A DNA stretch of 63,410 nt, the filler included, from an uncultured Methanosarcinales archaeon (lineage in GTDB: Archaea > Nanobdellota > Nanobdellia > Woesearchaeales > JACPBV01): assembly GCA_964492935.1 (NCBI GenBank). It is 4 parts of 4 records of this genome, joined end to end, with 100 filler letters (N's around TTAATTAATTAA, not from the genome) between each part and the next. Parts side by side here need not be neighbours in the genome. Positions count along the whole stretch, not along the records: positions 19,280 to 38,453 come from CAZBLF010000025.1; positions 38,554 to 57,590 come from CAZBLF010000026.1; 2 more parts are not named here. The stretch is one strand, 5' to 3'. The position numbers and the translations under genes are program-made. Shown piece by piece: positions 29,531 to 38,554 of this stretch. Under the pieces are notes generated by a model that worked only from the letters and a program-made list of their open reading frames with translations, was not told where the DNA came from and did no database searches. Within the stretch, counting starts at the first letter, position 1; each line of letters begins with the position of its first letter.

Positions 29531-30420
29531 TACAAGTCAATAACCATGAAGTCTTTTGCTGCTAGTGTATTGTCGAATACATTTCTTGCATCTTGCTCAA
29601 TTTCATGCGGATTTTTGTAGCGGGCCGAGAAGTGAGTTACGATAAGTTGTTTTGCTCCTGCTTGGTTTGCGATCATTGCGGCGTCTTTGCCAGACATATG
29701 CATGTAGCTCTTGGCTTTGTGTTGTAGGTCTGAGTGATAGGTTGCTTCACAGACGACGAGGTCTGCATCCTTTGCTAATTTGATTGCATTATTGCAGTAG
29801 AGGCTGTCGGCGATGACGGTTACTTTCTTTCCCTCTTCCAGGTAGGTTACGTCTTTCGCAGCTATTTTTTTGCCGTCTACGGTGATGGCTTTGTTATTTG
29901 CTAGCTTTCCCATGAGGGGCCCTTCTGGAATTCCGAGTTTTTTTGTTTTCTTGATATCGATATGACGGACATCTTTTTGCGTGAACGAGTAACCGAGACA
30001 CGGGACTCCGTGTTCAAGCGGAAGTACGTCTAGCTTGAATTCTTTGCTGTCGACAAAGGTTCCTGATTCTACCTCGATAATTTCGAGTTCTACTTTGCGA
30101 TCGAAATCGAATGCTTCGAAGAGGGAAGCGAACCGTTTCTTTGTGCCTTTTGGCCCGTAAATTTCCAATTTCTTCCGATATTCCATGGCGCCTAGCGAGG
30201 AAATTACTCCAGGCAGGCCAAAGACGTGGTCGCCATGCCAATGAGTGAGGAGGATTTTGGTTATTTTGGTTAACGGAATGCCCTTTATCTTGAACTGGCG
30301 CTGTGTGCCTTCTCCTGCATCAATCAAAATCCCTTCATTCTTGAAACTCAAGAACACGGAGGATTGGTTGCGGTCTTTAGTTGGAACCATTGAAGATGTT
30401 CCTAAAATCGTTACTTGCAT
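29530..30420 (-). CDS. rnz: Ribonuclease Z
   Basis: LGTS..PT..RN, DAGEGTQ, THWHGDH, flexible arm GIPEGP, HFSARY. Confidence 0.95.
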   Translation of the reverse strand: MQVTILGTSSMVPTKDRNQSSVFLSFKNEGILIDAGEGTQRQFKIKGIPLTKITKILLTHWHGDHVFGLPGVISSLGAMEYRKKLEIYGPKGTKKRFASLFEAFDFDRKVELEIIEVESGTFVDSKEFKLDVLPLEHGVPCLGYSFTQKDVRHIDIKKTKKLGIPEGPLMGKLANNKAITVDGKKIAAKDVTYLEEGKKVTVIADSLYCNNAIKLAKDADLVVCEATYHSDLQHKAKSYMHMSGKDAAMIANQAGAKQLIVTHFSARYKNPHEIEQDARNVFDNTLAAKDFMVIDL

Positions 30421-30508
30421 AGGTTAGAAGATAGTTGTTTTATATTTAAAGTGATTGGTTGGTGGTGAAAAAGAAAGCTTTTTAAGGGTAGGTCGAGCTA
30501 GGGAGGGT

Positions 30509-31114
30509 ATGGTGAAGAAGGCAAAGAACAAGACGAAAAAGGTTGTAGACAAGGCGAAGAAGGCTGAAGAAAAGCAAGAGGCGCCGAAAGAGGTAGTCAA
30601 GGCAATTTTTGCTGCAGAGCGTGCTATTACTGAAAATTCAGATGCGGCCCGCGATTTGTACAATCAAGGTAGATTTGGGAGCATTCTTGACAATCAGAAG
30701 GTGCAGTTGTCTTTACTTGAGGCAATGTATCTTATGGATAAAGGAAGGTTACTTGTTTTGGATGGGCGCAACAAGGAGATTAGTTACGAGTCTTTCTTGA
30801 AGAAGGCTAAAAAACTGGAGCCGAATTTTTGGATTCGTTATTGTGTTTTTAAGAACATGCGAGATCGCGGATATATTATTAAGACGGCATTGAAATTTGG
30901 TGCCGATTTTAGAGTGTATGATCGAGGCGTTAAACCGGGAGAGGATCACGCTAAGTGGGTGGTGTTTCCGGTCCATGAGGCAAGTACGTTGACCTGGTAT
31001 GAATTTTCTGCAAAGAATCGGGTTGCACATAGTACGCGGAAGCGATTGTTACTTGCGATTGTTGATGAAGAAAGTGACGTTACCTATTACGAGACTCGCT
31101 GGATTAGACCTTAG
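30509..31114 (+). CDS. endA: tRNA-splicing endonuclease
   Basis: RDRGY.IKTALKFGADFRVY, H and K triad residues; ATG follows GGGAGG. Confidence 0.92.
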   Translation: MVKKAKNKTKKVVDKAKKAEEKQEAPKEVVKAIFAAERAITENSDAARDLYNQGRFGSILDNQKVQLSLLEAMYLMDKGRLLVLDGRNKEISYESFLKKAKKLEPNFWIRYCVFKNMRDRGYIIKTALKFGADFRVYDRGVKPGEDHAKWVVFPVHEASTLTWYEFSAKNRVAHSTRKRLLLAIVDEESDVTYYETRWIRP

Positions 31115-31120
31115 TTTTGA

Positions 31121-31220
31121 ATACTGCTGAGGCACGGTCGGATTATGAGATGCTTCGCATTCCATAGTGCCGCGAGAGCGTGATGCGCTCAACAGGAACC
31201 CCCTTAGGCGTCAGCAGTAT
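31121..31220. ncRNA. Putative structured ncRNA, element 2
   Basis: Perfect 10 bp closing stem ATACTGCTGA/TCAGCAGTAT enclosing two hairpin arms and AACCCCC. Confidence 0.45.
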
Positions 31221-31267
31221 CTCGGAGGTTAGCAACATATTTAAACTCGGTTTCCTTCTTTTATGAT

Positions 31268-32224
31268 ATGTCTGCTGAATCTATTCTTCAATTGATTTCT
31301 TCGCGGGGACCGCAAGTACCTACACAGATTGCACAGGCGATCGGAACGGACAGTATTATTGCTTCGGCACATCTTTCTGAATTGTCTTCTCGCGGCAAGG
31401 TAAAAATTTCTCGTATTAAAGTTGGTTCGTCGCCGCTGTATTATTTGCCTGGCCAGGAGGAGAAATTGCAGGATTTTGTTGAGAATCTGCACGATAAGGA
31501 GAAAAAGGCGTATGATTTGCTGAGTGAGGAGAAAATCGTTCGTGATATTGAACAGGAGCCGGTTATTCGGGTTGCTTTACGAGATATTAAAGACTTTGCA
31601 GTACCGTTAGAGGTGCAGCGAGGTGAGCGCAAGGAGATCTTCTGGAAATGGTTTTTGCTTTCTTCTGAGGAAGCGCAAGTTAAGATTACTGAATTGCTTG
31701 CTGGGGGACAGGAAGGGGTTGTGAAGCCAGAGGTGGAGCGGGAGGAGGTTGCTGTAGAAACCGAGGTTGAACCAGCAGAGATGCAGGTGCAGAAAGAGGA
31801 TCAGGAGACGCTGGTTGTAGAACAGCCGGCAGTTAAGGAATCTGTTGTCGAGACACCCATTGCAAAGCCAAAGGTTCAGATCAAAACTACGCCGGCACCT
31901 AAGACGCCTAAAGAAGACATTGACTTTTCAGGAATTATTTCTGAATTTTTCTCATCGAACGAGATTAGCATATCGAAGAAAGAGGTTTTGAAGAAGACGG
32001 AGATTGATTATGTCGTGAAAATACCGAGCGCAGTGGGAGAGATGGAATATTATTGTAAAACGCGCAAGAAAAAGAGTATTAATGATGCTGATTTAGCTAG
32101 TGCGTTCGCTCAGGGGCAGTTGAGGAAGTTGCCGGTGTTGTTTTTGACAACAGGCAAGCTTACGAAGCGGGCAAAAGAGATGTTGGAGTCGGACTTTAAA
32201 GGCATCCAGGTTCGGGAGTTATAA
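31268..32224 (+). CDS. Hypothetical protein with wHTH-like N-terminus and acidic linker
   Basis: GP.VP..IA...SAHLSEL..G.VK.S..KVG.SPLYYL. Confidence 0.75.
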   Translation: MSAESILQLISSRGPQVPTQIAQAIGTDSIIASAHLSELSSRGKVKISRIKVGSSPLYYLPGQEEKLQDFVENLHDKEKKAYDLLSEEKIVRDIEQEPVIRVALRDIKDFAVPLEVQRGERKEIFWKWFLLSSEEAQVKITELLAGGQEGVVKPEVEREEVAVETEVEPAEMQVQKEDQETLVVEQPAVKESVVETPIAKPKVQIKTTPAPKTPKEDIDFSGIISEFFSSNEISISKKEVLKKTEIDYVVKIPSAVGEMEYYCKTRKKKSINDADLASAFAQGQLRKLPVLFLTTGKLTKRAKEMLESDFKGIQVREL

Positions 32225-33258
32225 TGGGTGTTGCAATTACCGATTTACTTGAGCGGAAGACTATTTCGTTTAAGGAGCTACGCGGTAAATTATTGATGGT
32301 GGATGGGCCGTTGTGGTGTTATCAGTTTCTGACTTCTCTTCGTGGGCCGGACGGTAGGCCGTTGACTAATAGCAAGGGCATGATTACTTCTCACATCATG
32401 GGTTTGTTTTCTCGAGTTACTGCTTTGCTTCGAGAAGGTATTTTGCTCGCGTTTTGTTTTGATGGAACGGTTCCTGATTTGAAACTGGCTGAGCGTGCTC
32501 GACGTGCAGGTATTAAGAAAGAGGCTGAGAGGTTGTTGAAAGCTGCGGAGGATGCAGGTGATGATGAAGGAGTTAGAAAATATTCTTCTCGAACGGTTCG
32601 GTTAACTTCTGAAATGCTATCGGACGTGAAGAAATTGCTTGTTGCTCTTGGTATTCCGGTGATCGAGGCTCCTGCAGAGGCTGAGGCACAGGCATCGCAT
32701 ATTGTGAAGCGCGGAGATGCGTATGCGGTTGCTACGAACGATGCAGATGCTTTACTTTTTGGGTCTCCGCTAGTCTTACGTAATTTGTCGATGGCGGGAA
32801 GGAGAAAGAAGACGAACAAGCTTGCTTTTGAGACTGTAGAACCGGAATTGATTACGTTGAAGGGTACTCTTAACTCTCTTGATCTTACTCAGGAGCAGCT
32901 CATTGCGTTAGGTATGTTGGTAGGAACTGATTTTAATGTCGGCGGCATCGAAGGGATTGGCCCGAAAAAGGGACTGGGACTGGTTAAGGAATACAAGGGC
33001 GATTTAGACGGTTTATTCTCTTTCTTGAAGTGGGATTCTTTTTTTGATGTTTCGTGGAAGGCGGTGTTTGACCAGATTCACGAAATGCCGGTAAGTGATG
33101 AGTATTCTTTGGAGATGAGGGAACTGGACGCGGAAAAAGTAAGAGAATTACTTATTGGTAAACTTGAATTCTCTGCTGAACGTGTTGAGGGTTCGTTGAT
33201 GAAACTTGAAAAAGAGATGAAGTCTCGCACACAAAAAGGATTAGGGGATTTTTTCTGA
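32224..33258 (+). CDS. fen: Flap endonuclease 1
   Basis: MGV, YQFL..R..DG, FDG, EAEAQA, D.D.LLFG, GTDFN, PIP-box QKGLGDFF. Confidence 0.95.
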   Translation: MGVAITDLLERKTISFKELRGKLLMVDGPLWCYQFLTSLRGPDGRPLTNSKGMITSHIMGLFSRVTALLREGILLAFCFDGTVPDLKLAERARRAGIKKEAERLLKAAEDAGDDEGVRKYSSRTVRLTSEMLSDVKKLLVALGIPVIEAPAEAEAQASHIVKRGDAYAVATNDADALLFGSPLVLRNLSMAGRRKKTNKLAFETVEPELITLKGTLNSLDLTQEQLIALGMLVGTDFNVGGIEGIGPKKGLGLVKEYKGDLDGLFSFLKWDSFFDVSWKAVFDQIHEMPVSDEYSLEMRELDAEKVRELLIGKLEFSAERVEGSLMKLEKEMKSRTQKGLGDFF

Positions 33259-34082
33259 TGGTTACTTTGAAGGATGCTCTAATTGGGAAGTTAACTGCTG
33301 GGCAGCTCAAACTAGTTCCGAGCGCATTCGATATTGTTGGTGATCTTGCTATTTTTGCTGAATTTTCTGATACGTTGAAGTCGAAAGAGAAGCTTATCGG
33401 GGAGACGTTGCTTCGTTTGAATTCTCAGTTACGTGTTGTCTTGAAGAAAACAGGAAAGTATGGGGGTAAATACCGAACTCCGAAATTGAAGATTATTGCT
33501 GGCGAACGGAGAAAGGAGACCATGCTCGTGGAGAACGGATGTAGATTTAGGTTGCATGCGGAGAATGTCTATTACTCTGTGCGTTCCGGTACCGAGAGAA
33601 AGAGGGTCTTTTCTTTAGTGGGGCCAGGTGAAAGAGTACTGGTGATGTTTAGCGGGATTGGGGCGTATCCGATTACGATAGCAAAGCATTCTCGAGCAAA
33701 GGAGATTGTTGGGGTTGAGATCAATCCAGTTGCACATGCGTATGGGTTGGAGAATGTAGCGCTTAATAAGATTGACAACGTTGCTTTGATTGAGGGAGAT
33801 GTTCTGAAGATCTTGCCGAAGCTTAAGGGGAAGTTCGACCGCATTCTGATGCCGCTTCCGCGTGATGCTGAAAAGTTCTTGGATGTTGCATTGAGCGTAG
33901 CTAAAAAGGGAACGGTGATCCATCTCTATTCATTTGGTCCTGAATCGGGAGAGGATGCTAAAGCGGCGGCGAGGGAGGCTTGTATGGGCCATAGAAAAAA
34001 AAGTAGGATTTTACGCGTAGTTAAGTGCGGTAGTTTTGGTCCCGGGATTTCTAGAATTTGTGTTGATTTTCGTATTGTTTAA
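33258..34082 (+). CDS. trm5: Trm5-family tRNA G37 methyltransferase (short, lacks D1 domain)
   Basis: AFDIVGDLA, ENGC.F, YYS.R..TER.R, MFSGIG.YP, EINP.A, DRILMPLP. Confidence 0.85.
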   Translation: MVTLKDALIGKLTAGQLKLVPSAFDIVGDLAIFAEFSDTLKSKEKLIGETLLRLNSQLRVVLKKTGKYGGKYRTPKLKIIAGERRKETMLVENGCRFRLHAENVYYSVRSGTERKRVFSLVGPGERVLVMFSGIGAYPITIAKHSRAKEIVGVEINPVAHAYGLENVALNKIDNVALIEGDVLKILPKLKGKFDRILMPLPRDAEKFLDVALSVAKKGTVIHLYSFGPESGEDAKAAAREACMGHRKKSRILRVVKCGSFGPGISRICVDFRIV

Positions 34083-34107
34083 AAAGAGAGTTGTGCTTTG
34101 GTTGATT

Positions 34108-34176
34108 GCGCGATGATTTAGTGAACACCCACCTAGGCGCAAGCCGATGAGGTAAAAAAGTAACTGATGAGCGCGC
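34108..34176 (+). ncRNA. Possible box C/D-like sRNA
   Basis: Terminal stem GCGCG/CGCGC, two CGATGA boxes, CTGA at 34164, TTTAAAAA about 25 nt upstream. Confidence 0.35.
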
Positions 34177-34182
34177 TTCTTT

Positions 34183-34339
34183 GTAACTTCTAACGGCTTC
34201 AAAACTAGATCTCTGGAATCGAAAGCTCTGTGGCCCGGGACTGAGCGAGCAAGAAGCGAGCTTCCTGCAACAGCGTAACCCCCACGACGAGCCTGCTTCT
34301 AGATAGTCTGAGTTTTGACTTGATGCTGTTAGAAGTTAC
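34183..34339 (+). ncRNA. Putative rod-like structured ncRNA, element 3
   Basis: 15 bp terminal stem plus nested stems with several G-U pairs on +; core shared with element 1. Confidence 0.55.
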
Positions 34340-34342
34340 TGT

Positions 34343-35497
34343 TTAACCAAACATATGGACGTGGTCTTCAGCGTCTTCTTTTTCGATTTGCTTCACTTTT
34401 TCAATTCCTTTTAGAAAGTCGTCTTTTTTGATGATTGTTCTTGAATCGCGTATCGCGAAGTAGCCGGCTTCGGTACAAATTGCATGGATTTCAGCTCCCG
34501 ATAATCCTTCAGTTCTCTTTACTAAGTCAGCAACCAAAACACTCTTCTCGAGCTTCATATTTCTAGTATGGATTTTGAAAATTTGTGTTCGACCCTCTGC
34601 TTCTGGAACATCTACTCGGATGAGTCGGTCCAATCTACCGGGCCGGATGACTGCTGGATCGAGGATGTCTTTTCTATTGGTAGCTCCAATGAGTTTTACG
34701 TTTCCTAGTGGTTTAAACCCATCTAATTCAGCTAGGAGCTGCATGAATGTTCTGTTGACTTCGCGTTCTCCGGAAGTGCCCACTTCGATTCTCTTTGAGG
34801 CAAGTGCGTCAATCTCATCGATGAAGACGATGGCTGGTGCTTTTTTACGAGCCATCTCGAAAATTTCTTTTACTAATTTTGCTCCTTCTCCGATGAATTT
34901 TTGGACGAGTTCTGATCCTACTACTTCGATGAATGTGGAATTGGTTGCTTTGGCTACTGCTTTTGCGAGCAGGGTCTTTCCGGTTCCGGGCGGTCCGTAG
35001 AGGAGTACTCCTTTTGGTGGCGTAATTCCTACTTTTTTGAAGAGTTCTGGTTTCTTGAGGGGAAGTTCAACCACTTCCTGGATTTCATTAGCTTGCTTCT
35101 TTAGGCCGCCGATTTCGTCCCAGGTGGTTGTGGGTTTTTCGATGATGACAAATGATTCGACGTTGAATTTCTTGGAGGTGGGAACCTTTTCGATTACGGT
35201 TAGATTTTTTTGTTCTGCTAGAACCATATCTCCTGCTTTGATGTTTTTTGCAGAGTCACTCATTTCCACATAGAATTGATTCCCGTTTGGGATTGAGATG
35301 GTTGCGTGTTTTCCATCGACTGATCTAATTTCACAGACCATTAACGGCGGTTTCTTGAACTTGCTAATTTCTTCTCTGAGCTTTCCAATGGTTTCTTTCA
35401 GAAGCGCATTCTCGATTTCGAGCTGATTTGAATCGGTAGCGTAGCTATACATTACGCTGTCAAGAACATTCTTTTCTTTAGATTCGTCCCCATCCAT
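34343..35497 (-). CDS. pan: Proteasome-activating nucleotidase
   Basis: Coiled-coil and OB domain, GPPGTGKT, FIDEID, RPGRLDR. Confidence 0.93.
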   Translation of the reverse strand: MDGDESKEKNVLDSVMYSYATDSNQLEIENALLKETIGKLREEISKFKKPPLMVCEIRSVDGKHATISIPNGNQFYVEMSDSAKNIKAGDMVLAEQKNLTVIEKVPTSKKFNVESFVIIEKPTTTWDEIGGLKKQANEIQEVVELPLKKPELFKKVGITPPKGVLLYGPPGTGKTLLAKAVAKATNSTFIEVVGSELVQKFIGEGAKLVKEIFEMARKKAPAIVFIDEIDALASKRIEVGTSGEREVNRTFMQLLAELDGFKPLGNVKLIGATNRKDILDPAVIRPGRLDRLIRVDVPEAEGRTQIFKIHTRNMKLEKSVLVADLVKRTEGLSGAEIHAICTEAGYFAIRDSRTIIKKDDFLKGIEKVKQIEKEDAEDHVHMFG

Positions 35498-35536
35498 TTT
35501 TTTTATGATTCGTTTATCGTTTAAAAACGTTTTGTA

Positions 35537-36463
35537 TTATCCTTGTAGTTTTCCCGATTTCATGATGGTCTTGTCATCTACGGTGATTGTTGGTTGCGTG
35601 ATGATGCCATCGGCGTGGAATGGGACGTCGATGGTGCCACCAAAGAACGCATTATTTCCGAATGCGATGTGGCAGGTCCCGAGTACTTTTTCATCCTCTA
35701 ATACGGAACCGGTGATGATTGCTTTCGGGTTGGTGCCTATTCCAAATTCAGCCACGTTTCGGTGCTCGTTTGTGGTGAGCTTTTCTTCGAGTTGCGGTGC
35801 GTGCTTTCCGTTTACCTTTGTTACTAGTCCTTGTTTGATTTCTATTGTTAGTGGCTCGTCTAGTTTTCCGATGCCCGCCATACTTGCATCGATAATGAGT
35901 TTTCCGTTGGTGGTACCTTCTACTGGTGCAAGAAAGACTTCACCTGCCGGTAGATTGCCGACCATGCCTTTCTTGAGAATTCCGGTGTCCGGTTTTGCGG
36001 TTCTGTTTTTGATTGAGCAGGTGAGATCTGTTCCTAGGTCTGTGGTGATGGTAACCTGGTTGCCTTCTGTTAGTAGATTGGCGAGTTTAGTGTTTATTGT
36101 GTGGAGTTTGGCGTAGTCAATCGCGAGTGTTCTTTTGGCGGTTTCTTCGGTGATGCCAGGCATTGATGCGATTCTTGCATTCTTCGAAGCTTCATGTGTT
36201 GCTTTGGTGTGAGTGAGTGATTTTTTTGTGATTAATAAGAGAACATCGTACTGTTTCATTGCTTTTGCAATTTCCTCTGGAGGTTCTTCTCCGTTTGCAT
36301 CTGGAATGGGCGTTATATGGATGGCTATGTCGCTACGGTAGGTGGCGAAGGACTTTGCTAGCGATTCTCGGTCGCTATCGGTTATTATGCCGATGGTTTC
36401 GTTTGGTCGGGTATTGAGACAGGTCTCAAATACAATCTTTGATGCTTGTTCTAGGGGATTCAT
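35537..36463 (-). CDS. Aminopeptidase T/M29-like protein
   Basis: GNLPAGEVF, AEFGIGTN, EDEKVLGTCHIAFG, HAD. Confidence 0.85.
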   Translation of the reverse strand: MNPLEQASKIVFETCLNTRPNETIGIITDSDRESLAKSFATYRSDIAIHITPIPDANGEEPPEEIAKAMKQYDVLLLITKKSLTHTKATHEASKNARIASMPGITEETAKRTLAIDYAKLHTINTKLANLLTEGNQVTITTDLGTDLTCSIKNRTAKPDTGILKKGMVGNLPAGEVFLAPVEGTTNGKLIIDASMAGIGKLDEPLTIEIKQGLVTKVNGKHAPQLEEKLTTNEHRNVAEFGIGTNPKAIITGSVLEDEKVLGTCHIAFGNNAFFGGTIDVPFHADGIITQPTITVDDKTIMKSGKLQG

Positions 36464-37527
36464 CGTATCGTGATTAGCTTTTTTGGAAATTTGGAAAGAA
36501 TTTCATGTCCATTTTTTGTTATGTGTACTCCATCCTCTATTCGTATACCGAATTCTTTGTAGATTCCGGGCTCTATCGTCACGAACATGTTCTCTTTTAG
36601 GACGTCTTTTGAATCAGGCTTGAGATTGGGTTGCTCATGAATTTTGATTCCGAATCCATGGCCAAGACCGTGGGTGAAGAGTTCGGCATGGTCGCCAAGA
36701 TCTTTGTTTACTTGCGATACAATGTCTGCTGCTTTTGCTTTTGCTTTACATGCGCCTACTGCGTTTTTCTGTGCTTCAAGCACGCGATTGTAGGTTTGTA
36801 ATTCCTTTTTGGTGGGCGATCCTAGGAAGATTGTTCTCGTGGTATCGGTACAGTAGTTTTTGTATTTAATGCCGAAATCGATGACACAAAAGCCTTTGAG
36901 AAGGCGTTTGTTGATGGGGAAGTGGTGGACTTCGGCTGCGCGTTTGCCTGATGCTATGATGACGGGAAAGGCTAGGTCGCATCCTCGTTTCTTCGCTTCA
37001 TACTGGAAGAAGGCTGCTATATCTGTTTCGGTTTTGCCGCGCGTAAATTGTTTTATTCCTTTTTGGAAGATGGCATCGGAGATTTTGTAGCCTTGCTTGA
37101 TGATTGCAATTTCTTCTTTTGTTTTGGTGGTTCTCAGTTTGGATACTTCTGAACTGATATCTACAAATGTTGCTTTGAAGGTCTTTTTTAAGATTGCCTT
37201 GAGTTGGAGGGTTACTTCTGTGTTGTTGATTGCGATTTTCTTTGGTCGGATGTTTTGCTTCTTTAATTCTTGCGCTAGAAATTTGAGGAGTGGTTTCTTT
37301 TCTTTTGGGTATTTGACTTTGATAGATTTGTGTTGCGCTCCTTTGGCTTCCATTTGAGGCACTACGAGCATCGGTTTCTTGTTGTTAGGTACTGCTAAGA
37401 CGCCGACGCTCTTGTATTGGGCGAAATAGGTACAGTCGGGATCCGGCTTTTCGAAATCGATGCTTACTGCTAGAAATAAATCTATTTTCTTTTCTTTCAG
37501 GATTGTTTGAAGTTCTTTAATTTTCAT
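36460..37527 (-). CDS. Xaa-Pro peptidase (M24)
   Basis: IDFG...DTTRT, HGLGHGFG..IHE, TIEPG, RIED. Confidence 0.9.
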   Translation of the reverse strand: MKIKELQTILKEKKIDLFLAVSIDFEKPDPDCTYFAQYKSVGVLAVPNNKKPMLVVPQMEAKGAQHKSIKVKYPKEKKPLLKFLAQELKKQNIRPKKIAINNTEVTLQLKAILKKTFKATFVDISSEVSKLRTTKTKEEIAIIKQGYKISDAIFQKGIKQFTRGKTETDIAAFFQYEAKKRGCDLAFPVIIASGKRAAEVHHFPINKRLLKGFCVIDFGIKYKNYCTDTTRTIFLGSPTKKELQTYNRVLEAQKNAVGACKAKAKAADIVSQVNKDLGDHAELFTHGLGHGFGIKIHEQPNLKPDSKDVLKENMFVTIEPGIYKEFGIRIEDGVHITKNGHEILSKFPKKLITIR

Positions 37528-37602
37528 GTTGTTTGTATTCTCTCTCGGTTCTTAAATATTTGCTTTCGATAGGTATTTAAAATTCGTCCGTATCTCCATT
37601 GT

Positions 37603-38453
37603 ATGGATAAACGGGTTTTGAATAACGGATTGACGATTGTGAGTAAGCAGATGGATAGTCCTATTGTTTGCTTGCAGGTTACGGTTAAAACGGGAAGTGA
37701 CCAAGAGTCGCTTGAGAATAATGGAATTGCGCATTTTGTTGAACACATGCTGTTTGAGGGCACGGAAAAAAGAGATGGTGCTCGTGCTATAAGCAATGAG
37801 ATTGAAGCAATTGGAGGAGATATTAACGCCTACACTTCCAATCAGCGGACGTGTTATTACATTAAGGTGCCGCGAGAGCATTTTATGCTTGCACTGAATT
37901 TACTTTCTGATTTGGTGATGCAATCTGTGTTTCCGGACAAGTATCTTGAGAAAGAGCGTAAGGTGATCTTGAAGGAGATTAATTTACATCGAGATGAGCC
38001 TCGGAGCCATCAGTGGGTGTTGTTTCAGAGGGCTTTGTTTGGGACGCACGCTGCGGGACGGGCTACGTACGGGACGGTGAAGGCAGTTAGTGGGATGAGC
38101 CGGGAGGATTTATTTGCTTTTTATGAGCAGCATTATGTGGCTGAGTCGATGATTGTTTCGGTTGCTGGCGGTTTTCCAGGTGATGCGATTAAACGTATAG
38201 AGCACGCTTTTGGTGGCTGTCGTGAATCTGCTGTGAGTGGATTTCCCAAGTCCTCATTTCCGGTATACACTCACCTTAACGAAAAGAGAAAGATGAACAA
38301 TTCGTACTTTGTCATGGGATATCGTACGGTTGCGAGAGGGGATCAGGACAGTTACGTGTTTGATGTTATTCGGAGTATTTTGGGGCGTGGTCAGTCTGGT
38401 GCGATTTTTGAAGAAATTCGGAATAAGCGAGGGTTGGCGTATGAAGTAGGGGT
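37603..38453 (+). CDS. M16 family zinc peptidase (3' truncated by gap)
   Basis: HFVEH (HxxEH), NAYTS, EIR.KRGLAY. Confidence 0.9.
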
Positions 38454-38553
38454 NNNNNNNNNNNNNNNNNNNNNNNNNNNNNNNNNNNNNNNNNNNNTTA
38501 ATTAATTAANNNNNNNNNNNNNNNNNNNNNNNNNNNNNNNNNNNNNNNNNNNN
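38454..38553. other. Artificial contig linker
   Basis: N run containing TTAATTAATTAA. Confidence 0.97.
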
Positions 38554-38554
38554 C

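Noticed and set aside
31121..31230. RNase P RNA, 5S rRNA, tRNA or c-di-AMP riboswitch identity for element 2
   Set aside because: There is no GAGGAAAGTCC, no 5S conserved loops, no TTCRA T-loop or cloverleaf, and only partial GCTGA/TCAGC similarity to ydaO.
34164..34226. Hammerhead ribozyme (CTGATGA...CGAAA), also at 29419-29432
   Set aside because: The required stems I-III cannot be formed around these motifs.
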